From an uncultured virus (IMG/VR IMGVR_UViG_3300008120_010307) (taxonomy: Duplodnaviria > Heunggongvirae > Uroviricota > Caudoviricetes), in the IMG/VR virus record IMGVR_UViG_3300008120_010307: a stretch of DNA of 64,000 bases. One strand, given 5' to 3'. A model generated the notes under the pieces. It was not told where the DNA came from and did not search any database. It was given only the letters and a program-made list of their open reading frames with translations. This document shows, one piece after another, positions 60,801 through 64,000 of the stretch. Within the stretch, counting starts at the first letter, position 1. Each line of letters starts with the position of its first letter. Both the position numbers and the translations under genes were made by a program.

Positions 60801-60889
60801 CCATTAAAGAACAATCCTTGATTTTGGAATCTAAAGAAATAAAACTTGATGAGTTAGAGACAATAGCCAAGGAAAGAGGACTTATTTAG
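57854..60889 (+). CDS. collagen-like fibre protein C with S74 chaperone
   Basis: G-X-Y from 58364 to 60550 (243 triplets); SDLRLKKDV...LRGVSFYW...[14 protein letters not shown]. Confidence 0.9.
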   Translation: MASYVVYSGTSYLNACNSVASQTIYTPCPSLSGGCVVYTDAGYTNVITFSPLLPNLYLKDSVDTTVWKINRTGTVTEVRKCTEFSGDENIIVYPDGANFQLIDSGGTATNWYMENGELKFGTLTSTLARISTSYPNLRVSGGSITLTNKLANASGDLINSTGWVGAKLPQGPTGAQGSQGSTGAQGAQGGQGAQGTQGSTGAQGSQGAQGGQGAQGAQGSQGPTGAQGSQGGQGSQGSQGFTGAQGSQGAQGGQGAQGSQGTLGPTGAQGSQGGQGAQGAQGSTGAQGSQGAQGGQGAQGSQGAKGLTGAQGAQGGQGAQGAQGSQGTTGAQGSQGGQGAQGAQGAVGPTGAQGAQGGQGAQGAQGAVGLTGAQGAQGGQGAQGAQGALGPTGAQGSQGGQGAQGAQGSQGLTGAQGSQGGQGAQGAQGGQGAQGAQGPKGPQGAQGAQGAQGSTGAQGSQGGTGAQGAQGSTGAQGSQGSQGGTGAQGAQGSTGAQGSQGSQGGQGAQGAQGTTGAQGAQGATGGQGAQGSQGPTGAQGSQGAGGGQGAQGAQGIVGAQGAQGGGGGQGAQGAQGTTGPVGAQGSQGGQGAQGSQGAQGATGAQGSQGVAGAQGAQGAQGAVGSQGSQGGQGAQGAQGSQGAQGATGPGGGQGAQGAQGATGSQGAQGGGGGQGAQGAQGPVGSQGFQGTTGGQGAQGAQGPTGPTGITGPKGGQGAQGAQGGQGAQGPQGHIGANGATGVPGPIGPKGPTGPTGGQGAQGAQGPGGAQGAQGPTGGQGAQGAQGPGGAQGAQGPTGGQGAQGPKGPIGGQGSQGPTGAQGTAGGQGSQGGGGAQGAQGAQGPQGGQGAQGGGGATGAQGPQGGQGAQGPQGGQGPQGAQGATGPNGLQGAQGAQGTTGSDLRLKKDVKEIQSPLEKVLKLRGVSFYWNKLNDETSQSGKHDIGFIAQEIGHILPELVFKKNTENAYFMVKYAEVIAVCLEAIKEQSLILESKEIKLDELETIAKERGLI

Positions 60890-61737
60890 ATTTCGGTCTT
60901 TTGAATTAAATCTCTTATTTCGAAACCAGTTTGGTATAACATCGACAGAAATTTTTTCCAAATTTCTGGGTTATACTTTTTAATCAATTCAACATAATAA
61001 ATGTAGTAAGGTTCTTCTCCTCCTCTCTCAGACATAAAATCTGCAAGTTGAGGATTATCGGTGGTTAAATTTTTGAAAACTCTGATAAGGTCATTTCCCA
61101 AATGTTCATCATTTATTCTAAATAAAATATCCTTCGAGAGTTTAGATAGTGGGTCACCCTTGGCAAAATAATTGATTATATTTTTTAATGATTTTTCTAA
61201 AAATTGTAGGTTTTCAATTTTTCTGTTTCTTTTAACTCTTCTTTCAAATTCGAGAACCAAACCCTCCAAAAATTCATTTGAAATTGCAAAAAATTCTATT
61301 GGATGACCCCAATAATCTTTATCTGATTTCTCATTGTAAGTCACCATATATTTGGGACTAAACAAATGAGATTGTGTTGGGTCACTGGCATGTATCATTT
61401 CATGATATAGTGTAAGATAAAGTGTTTTTTTTGACTCGTAGTGTTTTGGATTTACTTCGATTACAATATCTGCCGGGTCGACTGACTTTTGAGGTTTTGT
61501 ACCCATCTGACCCATGTAGGGTAGTCTTGGGTTTACCACGACTCTAGCTAAACCCTCTACTCCATCGGCTAATTTAAAAGGAATGACATCAACTAGTTCT
61601 TTTCCTTTATAAGGTTTATTTCTATCAGACCATAATTTTTCTGTGACGGATTTCATTCTATCTCTCACATCATCAGAAAATTTATATCTCTGTGCCTCCA
61701 ATATTAGATTGGTGATTATATTTCTTATTTTAGTCAT
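60886..61737 (-). CDS. HExxH zinc-metalloprotein-like protein
   Basis: [11 protein letters not shown]...Y..HPIEFFA; likely start at [16 protein letters not shown]. Confidence 0.6.
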   Translation of the reverse strand: MTKIRNIITNLILEAQRYKFSDDVRDRMKSVTEKLWSDRNKPYKGKELVDVIPFKLADGVEGLARVVVNPRLPYMGQMGTKPQKSVDPADIVIEVNPKHYESKKTLYLTLYHEMIHASDPTQSHLFSPKYMVTYNEKSDKDYWGHPIEFFAISNEFLEGLVLEFERRVKRNRKIENLQFLEKSLKNIINYFAKGDPLSKLSKDILFRINDEHLGNDLIRVFKNLTTDNPQLADFMSERGGEEPYYIYYVELIKKYNPEIWKKFLSMLYQTGFEIRDLIQKTEI

Positions 61738-62516
61738 TTTTGTAAATCTACCCCCCAATTTATTGGAATCTCTTTAAGACTTATTTTACTTACGAATTTA
61801 TCAAAAGCGTTCTTGAAGGTCACCTGAGCTTTCTTGATGTCTTTAATTCTTGCCATATCAGGTAAAATCCCTGTAGATAAATATGCTTGAATCTCATCAT
61901 CAATTACATTTTCACCATAACCCATGTTTTTGATTTTTCTTGTCATGGAATCTAATGTAGATGGATTTAGGTTATTGATATTATAAGATTGTAAGTTTTT
62001 ATAGTTAGGTGAACTATACCACAACCCATGTGCTAGTTCATGATAGATTAAACTCAAGTCCTCTCCATCTGTTTGGTCGATACCGATTAAATAAAAATTG
62101 TTGTTACCTGTTTTTTCTTTTATGGTATCAATAATTGAAAACATAATAAGGTCAAAATAATTTATGTCAGGAATCACTTTTATACACGATTCGATTGAAT
62201 CACACGGTAAATTATAACCAGACCAATCTTCATGATATGTGAAAATGTCATTCTTGGTTTTTTCCTTATAGAATTTTACAAAGTCAACCCACTTGAAGCC
62301 TTGTCCTCTGAATGTCTCTGAGTCTGACTCATAAAATTCCTGATAACGCATGAAAACCCGGGCACGTAGTTTGTCATCTTTGATTACAACGGCAAAAATC
62401 TTTGGGAATATCTCAAACAATCTAATCTTAGATAGAATGTTTTTAATATTCTTCGGGGGGTTTTTAGGTGGACTTTGAACCCTCTCATGAATGGTATTTA
62501 TACTTTTATTATTCAT
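61734..62516 (-). CDS. HExxH-containing hypothetical protein
   Basis: FMRYQEFYES, DWSGYNLP, IYHELAHG, DDEIQAY. Confidence 0.6.
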   Translation of the reverse strand: MNNKSINTIHERVQSPPKNPPKNIKNILSKIRLFEIFPKIFAVVIKDDKLRARVFMRYQEFYESDSETFRGQGFKWVDFVKFYKEKTKNDIFTYHEDWSGYNLPCDSIESCIKVIPDINYFDLIMFSIIDTIKEKTGNNNFYLIGIDQTDGEDLSLIYHELAHGLWYSSPNYKNLQSYNINNLNPSTLDSMTRKIKNMGYGENVIDDEIQAYLSTGILPDMARIKDIKKAQVTFKNAFDKFVSKISLKEIPINWGVDLQK

Positions 62517-63499
62517 CAGAAAAAATCACTGAAATACATGTTTATATTTTTATCGACCTCTCTACTATCGGGGTAGTCAGAAATCCTTGGGTACAAACAA
62601 TCATTGTTTTCGTCTAATATTCTAATAAAATACGCTTCATCTTCAATTGCGTTTGAATACTTGTTATGTAAGAAATCGTAAATTTGTCCTTCGAAATCCT
62701 TTATTTTCATTTTGTATTGATACTTCATAGTATCTTTTTTATAAGGATGTGGGGATGATATCCACTCACCCTCATAGAAATAATCACCCAATTCATTCAT
62801 TATATTTTTATAAATTTGACTCTCATATGCTGAATTGTAAGCGTCGGAGTGTATTCTATACAAATCACCTTCAATATCCAAATATTTTTTCATCAATTCA
62901 TTGAATGTATCTCTATCATCCACAATTCTGGCTATGTTTGATTCGTTTACTTCAACGTAGTCTGGATGACCTTGTTCAGAGGCAATCAATTCTAGTTCCT
63001 CAGTCTCTGTTTCTACCCGTTCATTTTTTAAATCATCTATAATCTTCTTGTATAAAGTTTTCAAATTTTCTTGATTTAATTCCTCAACCACGTCTCTATG
63101 AACATCATCAGTTGTTTCTGAATAATATTCAAACCAATCATTATCCTCACCCAAGATATTCTCAATGGTGTCTCGTGAAAAATCTCTACTACTATCACAA
63201 AAAAGTGTTGCTAATTCTTTTCTGTCGTCCAAAATCAAATAAGCATCACCTTTTTCATCAATTTGAACATCTCCTAAAATGCGATTCATGTATTTGTAAA
63301 ACTCTTGTTTATCATTCTCCATGGTCCAAATGAAATATTGGTTTTGCCATTCTCTACTGTCATTGGCTAATGGGTCTAATAAATGAAAAAGTTTTTTCGA
63401 TTTAAGCACCGCAAAAAAATCATCATAATCATTGTTGAAGTATTTCAACGCCCATGTGTCACCATCATTAAAATCACTTATAATTTCTTGCCAATTCAT
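62516..63499 (-). CDS. acidic hypothetical protein
   Basis: 327-aa D/E-rich ORF preceded by TATTTATATGT on the minus strand. Confidence 0.55.
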   Translation of the reverse strand: MNWQEIISDFNDGDTWALKYFNNDYDDFFAVLKSKKLFHLLDPLANDSREWQNQYFIWTMENDKQEFYKYMNRILGDVQIDEKGDAYLILDDRKELATLFCDSSRDFSRDTIENILGEDNDWFEYYSETTDDVHRDVVEELNQENLKTLYKKIIDDLKNERVETETEELELIASEQGHPDYVEVNESNIARIVDDRDTFNELMKKYLDIEGDLYRIHSDAYNSAYESQIYKNIMNELGDYFYEGEWISSPHPYKKDTMKYQYKMKIKDFEGQIYDFLHNKYSNAIEDEAYFIRILDENNDCLYPRISDYPDSREVDKNINMYFSDFF

Positions 63500-63511
63500 A
63501 CATATAAATAC

Positions 63512-63540
63512 AAAAAAAGGGACAAATTTTGTCCCTTTTT
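63512..63540. terminator. intrinsic terminator, possibly bidirectional
   Basis: AAAAAGGGACAA-att-TTGTCCCTTTTT with an A-tract on the left and a T-tract on the right. Confidence 0.8.
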
Positions 63541-63559
63541 ATAAAATACCTTTTTCAGA

Positions 63560-63730
63560 TTATTTTCTGACCCAACCATTAGATTTTTGAGCCGTATAAT
63601 ATTTTTCAATTGTTTTTTTCACGGCATCTTTAACCTGTTCTTGTGGAGTTTTTTGAGCTTCCTGAAGTTGTTGGTTATTCACTTGAGGTTGAGGAGTTTG
63701 ATTACCTTTGTTTTTACAACCGCATCCCAT
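63560..63730 (-). CDS. 56-aa MGCGCK microprotein (not in ORF track)
   Basis: Manual translation: MGCGCKNKGNQTPQPQVNNQQLQEAQKTPQEQVKDAVKKTIEKYYTAQKSNGWVRK*; upstream TATTTAT, downstream terminator. Confidence 0.6.
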   Translation of the reverse strand: MGCGCKNKGNQTPQPQVNNQQLQEAQKTPQEQVKDAVKKTIEKYYTAQKSNGWVRK

Positions 63731-63817
63731 AATTTTTGATTTGAAATAAGTTTATTGTTATAAATAGTGTCGAATCGAAATATAAGAATGAAAAGATATT
63801 TATTAAATAAAAATTAG

Positions 63818-64000
63818 ATGAAATTTTCCCAAATATTATCAGAAAAGGTTGATTACTCTGAGGAGTTGAAGGGTGATAGGAGAAGAGAGAACAAAGAGTG
63901 GGAACTTGATATCAATTGTCCACTTGAGGGTAGAAAGGCTTGGGCTTTGTTGTATTATTTAGAGTATGAGTCAGAGGTAGAGGTTCTCACACCCGAAGAT
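63818..64000 (+). CDS. 3'-truncated hypothetical protein
   Basis: MKFSQILSEKVDYSEEL... is open to the window end; TATTTAT at 63797-63803. Confidence 0.55.
   Translation, partial: MKFSQILSEKVDYSEELKGDRRRENKEWELDINCPLEGRKAWALLYYLEYESEVEVLTPED

Noticed and set aside
1..64000. Stop-codon reassignment as seen in some large phages
   Set aside because: Long, tightly packed ORFs read correctly in code 11, and TAG and TGA both end genes at sensible domain boundaries (e.g. 46615, 45409).
1..64000. Cellular chromosome or eukaryotic giant virus origin
   Set aside because: S74 fibre chaperones, a bacterial sigma factor, an amidase, a DnaG-type primase, overlapped operons and the absence of housekeeping operons point to a large bacteriophage.
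1..64000. tRNA, rRNA, introns or inteins
   Set aside because: Intergenic gaps are short and AT-rich; no cloverleaf, intein motif or interrupted conserved gene was seen by eye. A covariance-model scan was not run.

Overview
This is an AT-rich, densely coding window of a large tailed dsDNA phage in standard genetic code. The host is very likely Bacteroidota: TTTG-N19-TAnnTTTG promoters, a Bacteroidota-type sigma70, SprB-like repeats and an Hc1-like protein all point that way. Gene order: (1) the 3' end of a (Gly-X-Ser)n fibre gene; (2) a ~13 kb glycan island with a four-gene ADP-heptose-type operon, two Aah/TibC-family protein O-heptosyltransferases, other glycosyltransferases, methyl- and acetyltransferases and an NTP transferase; (3) Thr/Pro- and Cys-rich putative virion surface proteins; (4) replication and repair genes (RuvC-like, primase, PD-(D/E)XK nuclease, Mre11/Rad50, endoV-like glycosylase), a putative restriction-modification pair and sigma70; (5) a putative lysis cluster and acidic head-associated proteins; (6) DnaJ, a Dam-like MTase, an LRR protein, PcfJ, thioredoxin and glutaredoxin; (7) three translationally coupled collagen-like fibre genes ending in S74 chaperones. 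There are two lead candidates for an undescribed system. One is a self-contained phage protein O-heptosylation pathway adjacent to a plausible Ser-rich substrate. The other is a possible heterotrimeric collagen fibre whose chains share a 7-unit register, with one chain carrying an extra residue every 22 aa. No tRNA, rRNA or CRISPR array was seen. All calls come from motif recognition by eye; no database searches were run.
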